Source of the DNA: Nitrospirota bacterium
Lineage (GTDB): Bacteria > Nitrospirota > Thermodesulfovibrionia > Thermodesulfovibrionales > UBA9159
Direction: 5' to 3'
Assembly: GCA_963699545.1 (NCBI GenBank)
Contig: CAVOUE010000007.1
Coordinates: 64,183-128,182 of the forward strand
DNA: 64,000 nt
Shown: positions 1 to 10,606 of the stretch, piece after piece
Position numbering within the stretch: position 1 is the stretch's first letter
Layout of the letters: every line of letters starts with the position of its first letter
Notes under the pieces: model-generated
What the model was told of the DNA's origin: nothing
The model's input: only the letters and a program-made list of their open reading frames with translations
Databases searched by the model: none
Made by a program: the position numbers and the translations under genes

Positions 1-2119
1 GAAGGCCGCTGAACATATCAGCGCGCGTCTCGACATCCCCGTGGTGTATCTTTCTGCACATGCGGACGAAACGACGTTGCACCGGCTGAAGATAACAGAG
101 CCGTACGGCTACATTCTCAAGCCGTTTGACGAAAGAGAACTGCATACCAATATCGAGATAGCCCTCTACAGACACCGGACGGAAAGGACGTTAAGGGAGA
201 GCGGGGAAATACTACGGGTATCTCTCGAAAGGGCCGAAACGGAAACAGCCAGGGCAGAGGCGATCATTGCAGCCATTGGAGACGGAATGAGCATTCAGGA
301 TACCGACTACAAGATCTTATATCAAAATCAGATCCATAAAGCTTTGGTCGGGGATCACGTTGGCGAGTACTGCTACAAAGCATACGACTTTAGAGACGAT
401 GTTTGTGAGGGCTGTCCTGTGGCACTGTCTTTTAAGGACGGCAAGACCCACACCGTGGAAAAGAGCAACCCCACAAGGAAATTGCTCGTTGAGATCACTG
501 CGTCACCCGTAAAAGATGCATCCGGCAAGATCATAGCAGGAATCGAGATTGCGAGGGACATTACCCGGCGCAAGCAGTCGGAGGAGGCGCTGCGGGAAAG
601 TGAAGAACGCTACCGCAACCTCTTTGAGAACGCCCATGACATGATACAGAGCGTGGACGCAGAAGGAAAGTTCATTTTCGTGAACAGCTCATGGTTGAGG
701 ATCCTGGGGTATACTGCGGAGGACCTTCAGAAGATGACCCTGTTTGGTATTCTCCACCGGGACTGCAAAGATCACTGCATGGCCGTCTTCGGGAAGGTAC
801 TGAGCGGTGAAGCCGTGGACAATATTGAGGGAACGTTCGTTGCAAAAGACGGGCGGCCGGTCCATGTTGAAGGGAATGTGAGCGTGCGCTCAGCCGGCGG
901 AAAAGTGATCGCCACCCAGGGGATCTTCCGCGACGTAACCGAGCGCAAGAAAGCAGAAGCGGAAAGGGAGAAGTTGGAAGTGCAACTCCTCCATGCCCAG
1001 AAGATGGAAGCCATCGGGACGCTGACGGGCGGCATCGCCCATGAATTCAACAATATCATGACCGTGATCATGGGCTATGGTGAGTTCCTGCAGGAGGGAC
1101 TGGACAAGGATAACCCGTTATCCCATTATGTCGACTTGATGCAGGCTTCTGCTATTCGGGCAACCCAGCTGACGCGGAGTTTGCTGGCATACAGCAGGAA
1201 ACAGATCATCAATCCCCGACCGGTGAATTTGGACGATACGGTGCAGAACGTGGGAAGACTTCTCTCGAAGCTGATCGGTGAGAACATAGAGCTCAGGATT
1301 ACCTCTGCGGACGATGGGATAAGTATAATGGCGGATTCCGGCCAGATAGAGCAAGTGCTGATCAACCTTGCCACAAACGCAAGGGACGCCATGCCCGGAG
1401 GAGGGTTGCTGACCATTCGTACCGCCCCCATCACGCTGGACCATGAATTTGTGATAAGGCACGGGTACGGGAAACCCGGAAGGTATGCCGCGATATCGGT
1501 CAGCGATAGCGGCATTGGCATGGATGACAAGACAAGGGAAAGGATATTTGAGCCGTTCTTTACCACCAAGGAATCGGGCAAGGGCACGGGACTCGGGCTT
1601 GCCATGGTCTACGGGATAGTCAAACAGCACGACGGGTATATCAACGTATACAGTGAACCGGGGAAAGGCACAACCTTCAAAATATTCCTGCCTTTGACCA
1701 AACCTGGGGAAGGGTCGAAAACGGCTGTCCTCCCCCCTGCCAGGCGGGGCACGGAAACGGTCCTCGTTGCAGAAGATGATGCGGCGGTGAGAAGACTCAC
1801 AAGGGATGTCCTCGAGAAAGCAGGGTACAAGGTCATCGTGGCGGAAGACGGTGAAGATGCGCTCCATAAGTTCCTTGAGAGCAGGGACGACATCAGTCTG
1901 CTCGTTCTTGACGTAATGATGCCCAAGAAGACCGGCCAGGAGGCTTTTCAGGAGATCAGAAAGGTGAAACCGGACGTGAAGGCGCTGTTCATGAGCGGTT
2001 ATACGACCGATCTCCTGCAAAGGGACTGGACCCTGGAAGAGGGAATGACCTTTTTGCCGAAACCCGTCTCACCCAATGAGCTTGCGAGAAAGGTGAGGGA
2101 CCTTCTGGACAACGGATAA
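1..2119 (+). CDS. Hybrid sensor histidine kinase (partial REC-PAS-PAS-HisKA-HATPase-REC), 5' truncated by window edge
   Basis: Frame is open from base 2 (..[22 protein letters not shown] tail); H-box [10 protein letters not shown]-box [11 protein letters not shown]2 GKGTGLGL; C-terminal REC with LDVMMP. Confidence 0.95.
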   Translation, partial: KAAEHISARLDIPVVYLSAHADETTLHRLKITEPYGYILKPFDERELHTNIEIALYRHRTERTLRESGEILRVSLERAETETARAEAIIAAIGDGMSIQDTDYKILYQNQIHKALVGDHVGEYCYKAYDFRDDVCEGCPVALSFKDGKTHTVEKSNPTRKLLVEITASPVKDASGKIIAGIEIARDITRRKQSEEALRESEERYRNLFENAHDMIQSVDAEGKFIFVNSSWLRILGYTAEDLQKMTLFGILHRDCKDHCMAVFGKVLSGEAVDNIEGTFVAKDGRPVHVEGNVSVRSAGGKVIATQGIFRDVTERKKAEAEREKLEVQLLHAQKMEAIGTLTGGIAHEFNNIMTVIMGYGEFLQEGLDKDNPLSHYVDLMQASAIRATQLTRSLLAYSRKQIINPRPVNLDDTVQNVGRLLSKLIGENIELRITSADDGISIMADSGQIEQVLINLATNARDAMPGGGLLTIRTAPITLDHEFVIRHGYGKPGRYAAISVSDSGIGMDDKTRERIFEPFFTTKESGKGTGLGLAMVYGIVKQHDGYINVYSEPGKGTTFKIFLPLTKPGEGSKTAVLPPARRGTETVLVAEDDAAVRRLTRDVLEKAGYKVIVAEDGEDALHKFLESRDDISLLVLDVMMPKKTGQEAFQEIRKVKPDVKALFMSGYTTDLLQRDWTLEEGMTFLPKPVSPNELARKVRDLLDNG

Positions 2120-2123
2120 CACG

Positions 2124-3656
2124 ATGAACAAGGTCCTCATCATCGATGATGAAGATGTAACGCGGAACACGTTTTCCGAAGTCCTCCGTTCATATCATTT
2201 TTCCACACTCGAGGCGTGCGACGGCAGAAGCGGGATCGGCGTATTTGAGAAAGAAATGCCGGATGCGGTTCTCCTTGACCTTCAGATGCCGGGTATGGAC
2301 GGCATAGAGACGATGCAAGAAATGAAGAAGGTCGATCCCGATGTCCCCATCATCTTTGTAACCGGACATGGTGATATTCCCTCCGCGGTGGAAGCGGTCA
2401 AAATGGGGGCCTATGACTTCATTGTGAAGCCTCCAGACTATAGGATGCTCGTTCCTGCCATCGACAGGGCGGTCGCCCAACTGAGGCTGAAGAGAGAGAA
2501 TGCAGCGGTCGGAGTTCAGCTCCTTGAGACCGAGGCCGCCAACAGGGAACTGAGAATAGAGATCACCGAGCGAAAGAGAGCCGAGGGTGCACTAAGAAAG
2601 AGTGAAGAGAACTATCGTAATCTGATTGAGACAATGAGCGAGGGACTGGGGGTTCAAGACAAGAACGGGTTGATCGTCTTTATGAACAAGCGGGCTTGTG
2701 AGATACTTGGATATGAATTGGAAGAATTGATCGGCAAGCCGATCACCTCAGTGTACGATGAAGAAAACCAGAAAATCCTCCGGGAACAGATGGCGCAAAG
2801 ACACGAGGGAAAACGCCAAAGTTATGAGATTGCCTGGACACGCAAGGACGGAGGGAAAATATTCACCATCATTGCGCCAAGTCCGCTTTTCGATGAAAGA
2901 GGGAACTATGAGGGAAGTATTGCAATCTTTACCGACATCAGCGACCGGAAACTCACTGAAGAGGCCTTGCAGCAATATGCCCGGGAAATGAAGAATCTTT
3001 CCTCCCATTTGGTGAACGTTCAAGAAGCAGAGCGCCGCCAGGTGGCGCGAGAACTTCACGATGAGATAGGTCAGGCTTTGACCGGACTTAATTTCACCCT
3101 GGAGACAATGGAGAGTTTGCCGGAAGAGCTGATAAGGAACGAGTTGAAAAAGGCACACGCTCAGGTTGATGAATTGATGAGCCGTGTGCGCGACATGTCG
3201 CTCAGTCTTCGCCCGTCAATGCTTGACGACCTCGGCCTTCTCCCTGCATTGCTGTGGCACTTCAGGAGATACACTGCCCAGACCAATATCCATGTAACGT
3301 TCAAGCACAGCCGCCTGGATGGCCGCTTTGAGCCGGAAATCGAGACAGCCGTTTACCGGGTGGTGCAGGAGGCCTTGACGAATGTTGCCCGCCATGCCTC
3401 AACGGATAAAGCAGAAGTGTTGCTTATGCTCGAGAACGACGCTCTGGAGATACGCGTCCAGGACAGCGGCAAAGGCTTCGATCCGGGCGCCGCATCGGCC
3501 AGGGGAGATACCTCGGGTCTCTCCGGAATGCGTGAGCGGGCGGAACTCTTGGGGGGGAGGATGACCATCGAATCCGCACCCGGAACCGGGACCTCCCTGA
3601 CAGTCAGGGTTCCCTTGCGGGAGCGAAGCCCGCAGAAGCCTTCAGAGGATGCATGA
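2124..3656 (+). CDS. REC-PAS-HisKA_3 (NarX/UhpB-type) histidine kinase
   Basis: N-terminal REC (LLDLQMP); ERRQVARELHDEIGQ H-box; QEALTNVARHA; DSGKGF. Confidence 0.95.
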   Translation: MNKVLIIDDEDVTRNTFSEVLRSYHFSTLEACDGRSGIGVFEKEMPDAVLLDLQMPGMDGIETMQEMKKVDPDVPIIFVTGHGDIPSAVEAVKMGAYDFIVKPPDYRMLVPAIDRAVAQLRLKRENAAVGVQLLETEAANRELRIEITERKRAEGALRKSEENYRNLIETMSEGLGVQDKNGLIVFMNKRACEILGYELEELIGKPITSVYDEENQKILREQMAQRHEGKRQSYEIAWTRKDGGKIFTIIAPSPLFDERGNYEGSIAIFTDISDRKLTEEALQQYAREMKNLSSHLVNVQEAERRQVARELHDEIGQALTGLNFTLETMESLPEELIRNELKKAHAQVDELMSRVRDMSLSLRPSMLDDLGLLPALLWHFRRYTAQTNIHVTFKHSRLDGRFEPEIETAVYRVVQEALTNVARHASTDKAEVLLMLENDALEIRVQDSGKGFDPGAASARGDTSGLSGMRERAELLGGRMTIESAPGTGTSLTVRVPLRERSPQKPSEDA

Positions 3657-4303
3657 TAACTGTAGTTCTGGCTGATGATCACCAGATCGTAAGGCAAGGC
3701 ATCAGGGCGCTGCTTGAAAAACAGCCTGATTTCAAAGTCATCGGCGAAGCTGAAGACGGACTTGGGGCCGTTCATCTTGTTGAGGAGCTGAAACCCCGCG
3801 TCTTGATCCTGGACCTGATGATGCCGGGGATTAACGGTATCGAAGTAACGCAGCGCGTCAAGAAAATCTCGCCTCTTACCGGTGTGGTGATCCTCTCCAT
3901 GTACGAAAACATAGCGTATGTCGCCGAAAGTCTCAAGAACGGAGCGGATGGTTATGTCCTCAAGGGTTCATCAGGAAACGACCTGGTTCAGGCGGTGACC
4001 GAGGTAATCGCAGGGCATCGTCACCTGAGCGCACCTCTTACCGAAGACGATGTTGCGGCGTACGTCGAAATGAGTGAGACCTCACGGCTCGACCCATACG
4101 ATACGCTCACCGCCCGCGAGCGTGAAGTCCTCCACATGGCAGCCGAAGGTCTCAGCAGCGCTGAAATAGCCGACCGACTCTCCATTAGCCCCCGAACCGT
4201 TGAGATCCATCGCGCAAATATGATGCGCAAGCTTCGCTTTCATAGGCAGACCGAGCTTGTGCATTACGCCATACAGCGAGGGATCCTGCCTTTGGATAAG
4301 TAA
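3653..4303 (+). CDS. NarL/FixJ-family response regulator
   Basis: LADDHQIVRQG REC domain; LTAREREVL..ISPRTVEIHRANMMRKL LuxR HTH; ATGA overlap with the kinase. Confidence 0.96.
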   Translation: MITVVLADDHQIVRQGIRALLEKQPDFKVIGEAEDGLGAVHLVEELKPRVLILDLMMPGINGIEVTQRVKKISPLTGVVILSMYENIAYVAESLKNGADGYVLKGSSGNDLVQAVTEVIAGHRHLSAPLTEDDVAAYVEMSETSRLDPYDTLTAREREVLHMAAEGLSSAEIADRLSISPRTVEIHRANMMRKLRFHRQTELVHYAIQRGILPLDK

Positions 4304-4374
4304 GGCACCTGGAAGGGCACCGCCTTTCTCCTCCCACAATTTTTCCCCTGAAGTTCAATAGTTAGACAGCTGAT

Positions 4375-4390
4375 TACGTAGAGATACGTA
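4375..4390. promoter_or_regulatory. Palindromic motif TACGTA-N4-TACGTA, candidate binding site of the adjacent NarL-type regulator
   Basis: TACGTAGAGATACGTA lies between the regulator gene and the SBP-kinase operon; assignment is inference. Confidence 0.35.
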
Positions 4391-4482
4391 TGGACAATAC
4401 CTGTAAACATAACTAGCATTTTAATTATAGGCAACTAACAATGAGAGAACGGCGTCAAGAGGGATCACCGTATGGAGAGATC

Positions 4483-5580
4483 ATGGCGGAGAAGGTCAAA
4501 GAAAGACAGGAATCTTCTTTTCTGAGATGCGGGGCATTTCCTGCCGGAACGGGGGGATCGCGAGGAGGAGAAATAAGACGGACCCTTCCTCTGAGAGGTA
4601 AAGCCGTTCTCATCTTAATGCTTGCCGTTGTGATGCTTGTGGCTTTAACGGCCTGTCAAAAGCAACCCGGGCCGCCGGAAAAGATCACCTTTGCTTATTC
4701 AACCTTGCCTCATCCCACGCTTTTTCATATCGCCTTCATCAGGGGTTTCTTCTCGGCTGAGGGGTTAGCGGTGACACCTCAGCCCCATGAATTCGGGAAA
4801 CTGGCCCTCGCTTCGGTTCTCGACGGAAAAGCAGACTTGGCAACCCCCGCAGATACTCCAATAATGTTTGCCGTTACAGGCGGCAGGAAGATCTCCACGA
4901 TCGCCGCAATCGCAACCTCAAACAAAAGCGTCGCCATTGTTGCCAGGAAGGACTTGGGGTTCGCGAGGCCCTCAGACATTAAAGGGAAAAAGATCGGCCT
5001 GACACGTGGCACTGCAGGCGAGTTCTTTATGGATTCCTTCCTTTCTACACGTGGGATAGGCAGGGAAGAGGTCAGGATCATTGACATGAAGCCCAACGAG
5101 ATGCCCGATGCCCTCATCAAGGGAAAGGTCGATGCAGTCTCGACCTGGAATCCTACGCTGAAACACCTGCAAAAGGGCTTGGGAGACAACGGACTTACCT
5201 TTTACGACGAAACCATCTATAGTGAAACCTTTTGTGTAGTAGCATCGCAGAAATTCATTAAAGAACGCCCCGAAGCGATAAAGAGCGTTCTGAGGGCTCT
5301 CATCAAGGCTGAGACATTTGTAAAACAGAACCCTGAGGAATCCAGGCGTCTTGTCGCCGAATTCATCAAAACAGATAAGGCCCTTCTTGACGAGATATGG
5401 GACTCCTACGATTTCAGGGTGACCCTGGACCAGTCCCTGCTCGTCAGCCTTGAGGACCAGACAAGGTGGGCATTGAAAAACAGATTGACCGGCAGTACAG
5501 GTATGCCCAACTATCTTGACTTCATTTACTCCGACGGCCTGCGATCTGTCAAACCTGAGGCTGTCAGGATAATCAGGTAG
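4483..5580 (+). CDS. NrtA/SsuA/NMT1-family substrate-binding lipoprotein (start uncertain)
   Basis: Lipobox LTAC; DIKGKKIGLTRGT; GKVDAVSTWNP; no permease or ATPase gene adjacent. Confidence 0.88.
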   Translation: MAEKVKERQESSFLRCGAFPAGTGGSRGGEIRRTLPLRGKAVLILMLAVVMLVALTACQKQPGPPEKITFAYSTLPHPTLFHIAFIRGFFSAEGLAVTPQPHEFGKLALASVLDGKADLATPADTPIMFAVTGGRKISTIAAIATSNKSVAIVARKDLGFARPSDIKGKKIGLTRGTAGEFFMDSFLSTRGIGREEVRIIDMKPNEMPDALIKGKVDAVSTWNPTLKHLQKGLGDNGLTFYDETIYSETFCVVASQKFIKERPEAIKSVLRALIKAETFVKQNPEESRRLVAEFIKTDKALLDEIWDSYDFRVTLDQSLLVSLEDQTRWALKNRLTGSTGMPNYLDFIYSDGLRSVKPEAVRIIR

Positions 5581-5592
5581 GAAGATAACAGG

Positions 5593-7543
5593 ATGAAGAT
5601 CAGCACGAGACTACGATTCAATTCCTGGATCTCCCTGAGCGTGATTCTTCTCACGGTTCTTTCCCTCGGCTGGTCTTTGCGGGAAGCGTCCAAAGCAGAC
5701 AAGAATCAGAGCCTCGTTACGGAGCTCCGGAAAACCGCCCTTGAGAGAACAGTATTAAGGGACGAATATCTGCTGAATCGCGAAGAGCGTGCGAGGAGCC
5801 AGTGGCATTCGAAGTCTGAAAAGTTCAGAGGCCTATTGGGACTGGCCCGGGAGAGGTTCACCAAAACGTCGGACAGGGCGCTGTGTGAACAGATACAAAG
5901 AGACTTTGAGAGAACTGTCTCCATATTCTCTAAGATAGTGGAAAATCGTGAAAGGGAGAAAACCGCAGGAAAGGGCAGTCTCTTTTCCCCTGAGGGTGAG
6001 AAAAGGCTGCTCAGTCAGATAATACTGAATGCATATGACTTGCTCGACAGCATCGGCAGACTGCATGAATCGGCTCAGAGGACATCTGCAACGGCACACA
6101 AAAGGATAGTTCTTTTCCTTATCACTTTTATCGCTCTTGTCGTCGTTACTACCGTTGGAAATTCCGCAATCGTCAACGGAATATTGGCGAGACGCATCTC
6201 GAGACTCCGCGAAGGAACCGTAATCATCGGGGCCGGCAATCTGGACCATAGGATTGATATCAAGGGCAGTGACGAACTCTCGGACTTAGCCCGTGAGACA
6301 AATGAAATGGCAGCCAAATTGATGGAATCGTATACGTCGGTGGCGAACTTGCAGAGGGAAATCACCGAACGCAAACGGGCTGATGCTGCGCTTTGCGAAA
6401 GCGAGGGACGCTATCGCTCATTGTTCGAGAATATGATCGAGGGTTATGCTTATTGTCAGATGCTCTTTGACGGCGATCGTCCGCTGGACTTCATCTATCT
6501 CGATGTCAACGGCGCATTCGAGAAACTGACGGGACTGAGAAATGTCGTCGGGAAGAAAGTCACGGAAGTGATCCCGGGCATACGCGAAGCTGACCCAGAG
6601 TTGTTCGAGATCTACGGCAGAGTGGCCTTGACAGGCGAGCCTGAGAGGTTCGAGACATACGTGGAAGCCTTAAACAACTGGTTTCATATCTCGGTATATA
6701 GCCCGAAAAAAGAACACTTCGTCGCGGTATTTGACGTCGTCACCGACCGCAAGCGGGCAGAGAAGGAGATCAGGAAACTCAACGAGGAACTGGAGCAGCG
6801 CGTCGTTGACCGCACGGCCCAACTGGGAGACTGCCAACAAGGAGATGGAGGCGTTCAGCTATTCGGTCTCCCATGACCTCCGGGCGCCGCTTCGTCATTT
6901 GACAGGATTTGTGGAATTGCTGAACAACAGAGCACCAGAGTCTCTGGATGAGAAGGCCAAACACTATCTGACAGTGATCTCGGATTCAGCACGGCAGATG
7001 GGCAGGCTAGTGGATGACCTTCTCTCCTTTTCGAAGATGGGCCGCTCTGAAATGACGAGAAAGCATGTTAACCTTGACCATCTTGTGAAAGAAGTGTTAG
7101 GAGAACTTCAAACTGATATGAAAGGACGGAACATCTTCTGGAAGATCGATCCCCTTCCGGAAGTGAACGGCGATCCTTCCATGCTCCGTCTCGTGTTCAT
7201 CAACCTCGTCAGTAACGCGATCAAATTCACGCGCAAGCAGCCGCAGGCGCGAATTGAGATCGGGTGCATCCCGGACAATCCGGGAGAGAAGGTGTTTTTT
7301 GTGAAAGACAACGGAGTGGGCTTTGATATGCGTTACGTGGACAAGCTTTTCGGCCTGTTCCAGCGCCTCCACAGGACAGAGGAGTTTGAGGGAACAGGGG
7401 TGGGCCTTGCCAACGTCCAGCGCATCATCCACCGCCACGGCGGCAGGACCTGGGCCGAAAGTTCTTCAGAAGGAGGAGCAATCTTCTATTTTTCATTGCC
7501 GAAACAAATAGCAGTCAGCGATCAGCAATCAGCGGTTAGCTAA
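5593..7543 (+). CDS. Membrane sensor histidine kinase (TM-HAMP-PAS-HisKA-HATPase), frameshift near 6825
   Basis: ORFs 5593-6876 and 6731-7543 join at LEQRV..RTAQL/ETANKEMEAFSYSVSHDLRAPLR; NLVSNAIKF; DNGVGF; GTGVGLA. Confidence 0.92.
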
Positions 7544-7607
7544 AGGATTATGAAAAGACATCAGCGATCAGCAATCAGCGGTCAGCTAAAGGCTGATAGC
7601 TAGAAGC
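7511..7607 (+). repeat. Heptamer arrays (GCnnTCA)n, including a 32-bp direct repeat (7515-7546 and 7561-7592, one mismatch)
   Basis: gcagtca gcgatca gcaatca gcggtta gctaaag ... gcgatca gcaatca gcggtca gctaaag gctgata gctagaa. Confidence 0.9.
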
Positions 7608-7616
7608 GAGGTTAAG

Positions 7617-7976
7617 TTGAAAGATTTGAGAGGATTGAAGGTCTGGGAAAAAGCTCATAACCTTGTTTTGTCAATCTATCATGCCACCAGCAAATTTCCC
7701 AAGGATGAGCTGTACGGTTTAACAAGCCAGATTAGGCGAGCCGGTATTTCAATCCCTGCCAATATAGCTGAGGGATGTTGCAGAAGCGGAGATGTGGAGT
7801 TTGCACGTTTTCTTCAGATTGCAGCAGGGTCAGCAAGTGAACTCGAATACCATCTGTTGCTTGCTCATGATCTCAGGTTTCTCAATAGTGCAGACTTTGA
7901 ACAGCTGAGAAAGGAATTGGTCGACGTGAAGCGTATGCTTTCGTCTTTCATTAAGAAGCTGAGAGCTGAACGCTGA
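7617..7976 (+). CDS. Four-helix-bundle protein (23S rRNA intervening-sequence protein / bAvd-like family)
   Basis: LKVWEKAH..FPKDELYGLTSQIRRA..SIPANIAEG..FLQIAAGSASELEY family signature. Confidence 0.93.
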   Translation: MKDLRGLKVWEKAHNLVLSIYHATSKFPKDELYGLTSQIRRAGISIPANIAEGCCRSGDVEFARFLQIAAGSASELEYHLLLAHDLRFLNSADFEQLRKELVDVKRMLSSFIKKLRAER

Positions 7977-7988
7977 CTGCTGAAAGCT
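7958..7988 (-). repeat. Inverted heptamer array (GCTGAnn)4 overlapping the four-helix-bundle stop codon
   Basis: gctgaga gctgaac gctgact gctgaaa gct; reverse-complement pattern of the upstream GCnnTCA arrays. Confidence 0.85.
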
Positions 7989-8008
7989 TACTGAAGGAGG
8001 GATGATCC

Positions 8009-8464
8009 ATGATAACTGACGTAAGGAGGATTTTACTTGTAGAGGACAATCCCAATGATGTGGAACTCACCATCGAGGCGCTGGGCGAGCATAATATCGC
8101 AAACATGGTCGATGTTGTCCGTGACGGAGAAGAGGCACTGGATTATCTCTATCGCAGGGGACAGTTCAAATCCCGGCCGAACGGTAATCCGGCTGTGGTA
8201 CTCCTCGATCTCAAGCTTCCAAAGGTGAATGGCCATGAGGTGCTGAGAACGATACGATCAGATGAACGACTGAAGTTGCTTCCCGTCGTGGTCCTTACGT
8301 CTTCACGCGAGGAACAGGACCTGACAGAAAGCTACAAGCTCGGTGCGAACGCCTATGTGGTCAAACCGGTGAATTTCCAGCAATTCATGGAGGCAGTGAA
8401 GAAGTTAGGTATATTCTGGGCGATCATCAATGAACCGCCGCCCATTAGCCGGGGAAAGGAGTAG
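8009..8464 (+). CDS. Single-domain response regulator (Rcp1-like)
   Basis: ILLVEDNPNDVEL..LLDLKLPKVNG..VVLTSS..YVVKPV. Confidence 0.95.
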   Translation: MITDVRRILLVEDNPNDVELTIEALGEHNIANMVDVVRDGEEALDYLYRRGQFKSRPNGNPAVVLLDLKLPKVNGHEVLRTIRSDERLKLLPVVVLTSSREEQDLTESYKLGANAYVVKPVNFQQFMEAVKKLGIFWAIINEPPPISRGKE

Positions 8465-8505
8465 GATTGAGCCGTCGGCGATGAGCTCCCAGCTTGAGAT
8501 TGTGG

Positions 8506-8550
8506 GCTGACCACCGATAGCTGATTGCTGACCGCTGATAGCCGATTGCG
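8506..8550 (-). repeat. Heptamer array, (GCTGAnn)-like x6
   Basis: gctgacc accgata gctgatt gctgacc gctgata gccgatt gcg, just upstream of the HD-GYP start. Confidence 0.85.
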
Positions 8551-8556
8551 AAAAAG

Positions 8557-10585
8557 ATGAAACAGACATTGCGCATACTTCATCTGGAAGACAATAAGCA
8601 CGATGCCGAGCTTATTCATGAAAAGCTTGCGGCGGAAGCCATCGAATGCGACGTGACACTTGTAGACACCCGCGAAGGTTTTATTTCTGCCGTTGAGCAG
8701 GGCGGATTTGACATAATCCTTGCAGACTACAAACTTCCTTCTTTTGACGGCATGTCAGCCCTGAAGCTTGCGAATGAAAAGTGTCCTGAAGTACCTTTTA
8801 TCTTTATATCGGGAACTATAGGCGAAGACACGGCCGTCGAAGCCCTCAAGAGCGGAGCAACCGATTATATCATCAAAGACAGACTCTCACGGCTTGCATC
8901 GGCGGTGAATAGGGCGTTACAGGAGGCTGAATCCGGAAGAGAGCGCAAGCGGGCAGAGGGCGAACTGGTGCGTCTTTATCAGCAGGTGAAGGAAGAGGCG
9001 GAGGTCTCCGGGTCGCTCCTGCAGATGGTCGAGGCGTTGAACAGGAGCCTTGATGAAAGGGAACTCATAAAGACTGTCACTCAACTTGCTCCACACTACC
9101 TGAAATTCGACAGGATTGCGATATTCCTCCTCGATGAGGACGTCAAGAGTTTTATGTTTTCCGGCGGATACGGTTTCAGCCCTGTGGAAGAGGGGATATT
9201 GCTTTCGCGGAACTTCAAGTCAGGTGATTTCCCTGCAATGGACAAGGCGATCGCAGGGGAGACGGTAATCGTAGAAAATGGGCGGGAAACCGATCTCATA
9301 AGCAAAGAGCTGGTTGACACATTCGGCATAATGGGCGCCGTGATCGTTCCCATCATTGCCAGGGAGAAAGTGATCGGAGGGATATATGCTGATTATAAGA
9401 CCCTGAGGCCCATCGAAAAGAGGGAAGTCTCATTCCTGAAAGGCCTTGCAGACGGGATTGCCATCGCCCTTCAGAACAGCAGGCTTTACAGGGACTCCGT
9501 CAAAAAACTGATGGAGTTGCAGGGGAAGATCGGGACGATCAAGGCCATGTCACAGCTGGATAAAGAGATACTTTCCTCTATTGACAGGAACACCGTTCTG
9601 AGAACGGCTGCGGCGCTGATAAACAAGGTAGTCCCCTGCGACCGAGTGGGCATCGTCCTTAGGGAAGGGGACAGGTGTGCGGTTGTTTCGGAATGGGGCG
9701 CCGGAGATTTCCGCGACAAGACGTATACGATTAAGGGCAGTCATCTTGAGGCCTTTGACAGAAACCGGGCGGCCGTTTACATTGACGACGTCACCCGGGA
9801 CGACTGTCCCTATCATAAAAGCCAGAGGGAGATCGGTATCGTGTCTTCCCTTCTCATCCCCCTCGTGACGAAGGAAGGGGTCGTGGGCTTTCTGGATATC
9901 GGTTTGACCCATCCCGGCAGGCTTACTCCCGAACATCTTATGACCGCAGAGAACATCGCGTCACAGATATCGGTGGCATTGGAAAATTCCAGGCTTTATG
10001 ACGAACTGCAGCAGCTTCTCGTCAGCACTATTAAGTCCCTGGCCTCCGCCATTGATGCGAAATCCCCCTGGACACAGGGACATTCCGAGAGGGTAACACA
10101 GTACGCGCTGCAGATCGGCGGCGAAATGGGATTGAAGGAGGAAGAACTGGAACGGCTGAAGCTTTCAGGTCTCCTCCACGACGTGGGCAAGATCGGTACC
10201 TATGACATACTCCTTGACAAGCCCTCCAAACTCACGGACGAGGAGTTCGCGCTGGTGAAGAAGCATCCGGGGAAGGGAGCGGAGGATCCTGGCGCCTATA
10301 CGGCAATTAAGCGATGTCATTCCCGGTGTCCGTTACCATCACGAGCGATATGACGGCAAGGGATATCCCGACGGCCTGAAGGGAGAGAACATACCCTTTT
10401 TTGCCCGTATCCTCTGTGTAGCGGATTCCTTCGATTCCATGACCGCGGACAGGCCTTACCGGCCGTCACCGGGGAAGGAGTATGCGATCTCAGAATTCAG
10501 GCGGTGCAGCGGTTCACAGTTCGACCCTCATGTGGTCGATGCGTTCCTGAAGGTCCTCAGCAGGCCGGAGGAGGGATCACCATAA
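8557..10585 (+). CDS. REC-GAF-GAF-HD-GYP c-di-GMP phosphodiesterase, frameshift near 10285
   Basis: REC domain; two GAF segments; GHSERV..LLHDVGKIG; shifted frame gives HHERYDGKGYPDGLKG..ADSFDSMT..QFDP. Confidence 0.92.
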
Positions 10586-10606
10586 GAAGGGCCACCCTCT
10601 CTTATT

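Noticed and set aside
7617-7976. Diversity-generating retroelement (Avd-like gene)
   Set aside because: No reverse transcriptase and no template/variable repeat pair differing at adenines in the window.
7511-8550. CRISPR array
   Set aside because: Units are 7-nt tandem repeats without unique spacers; no cas genes.
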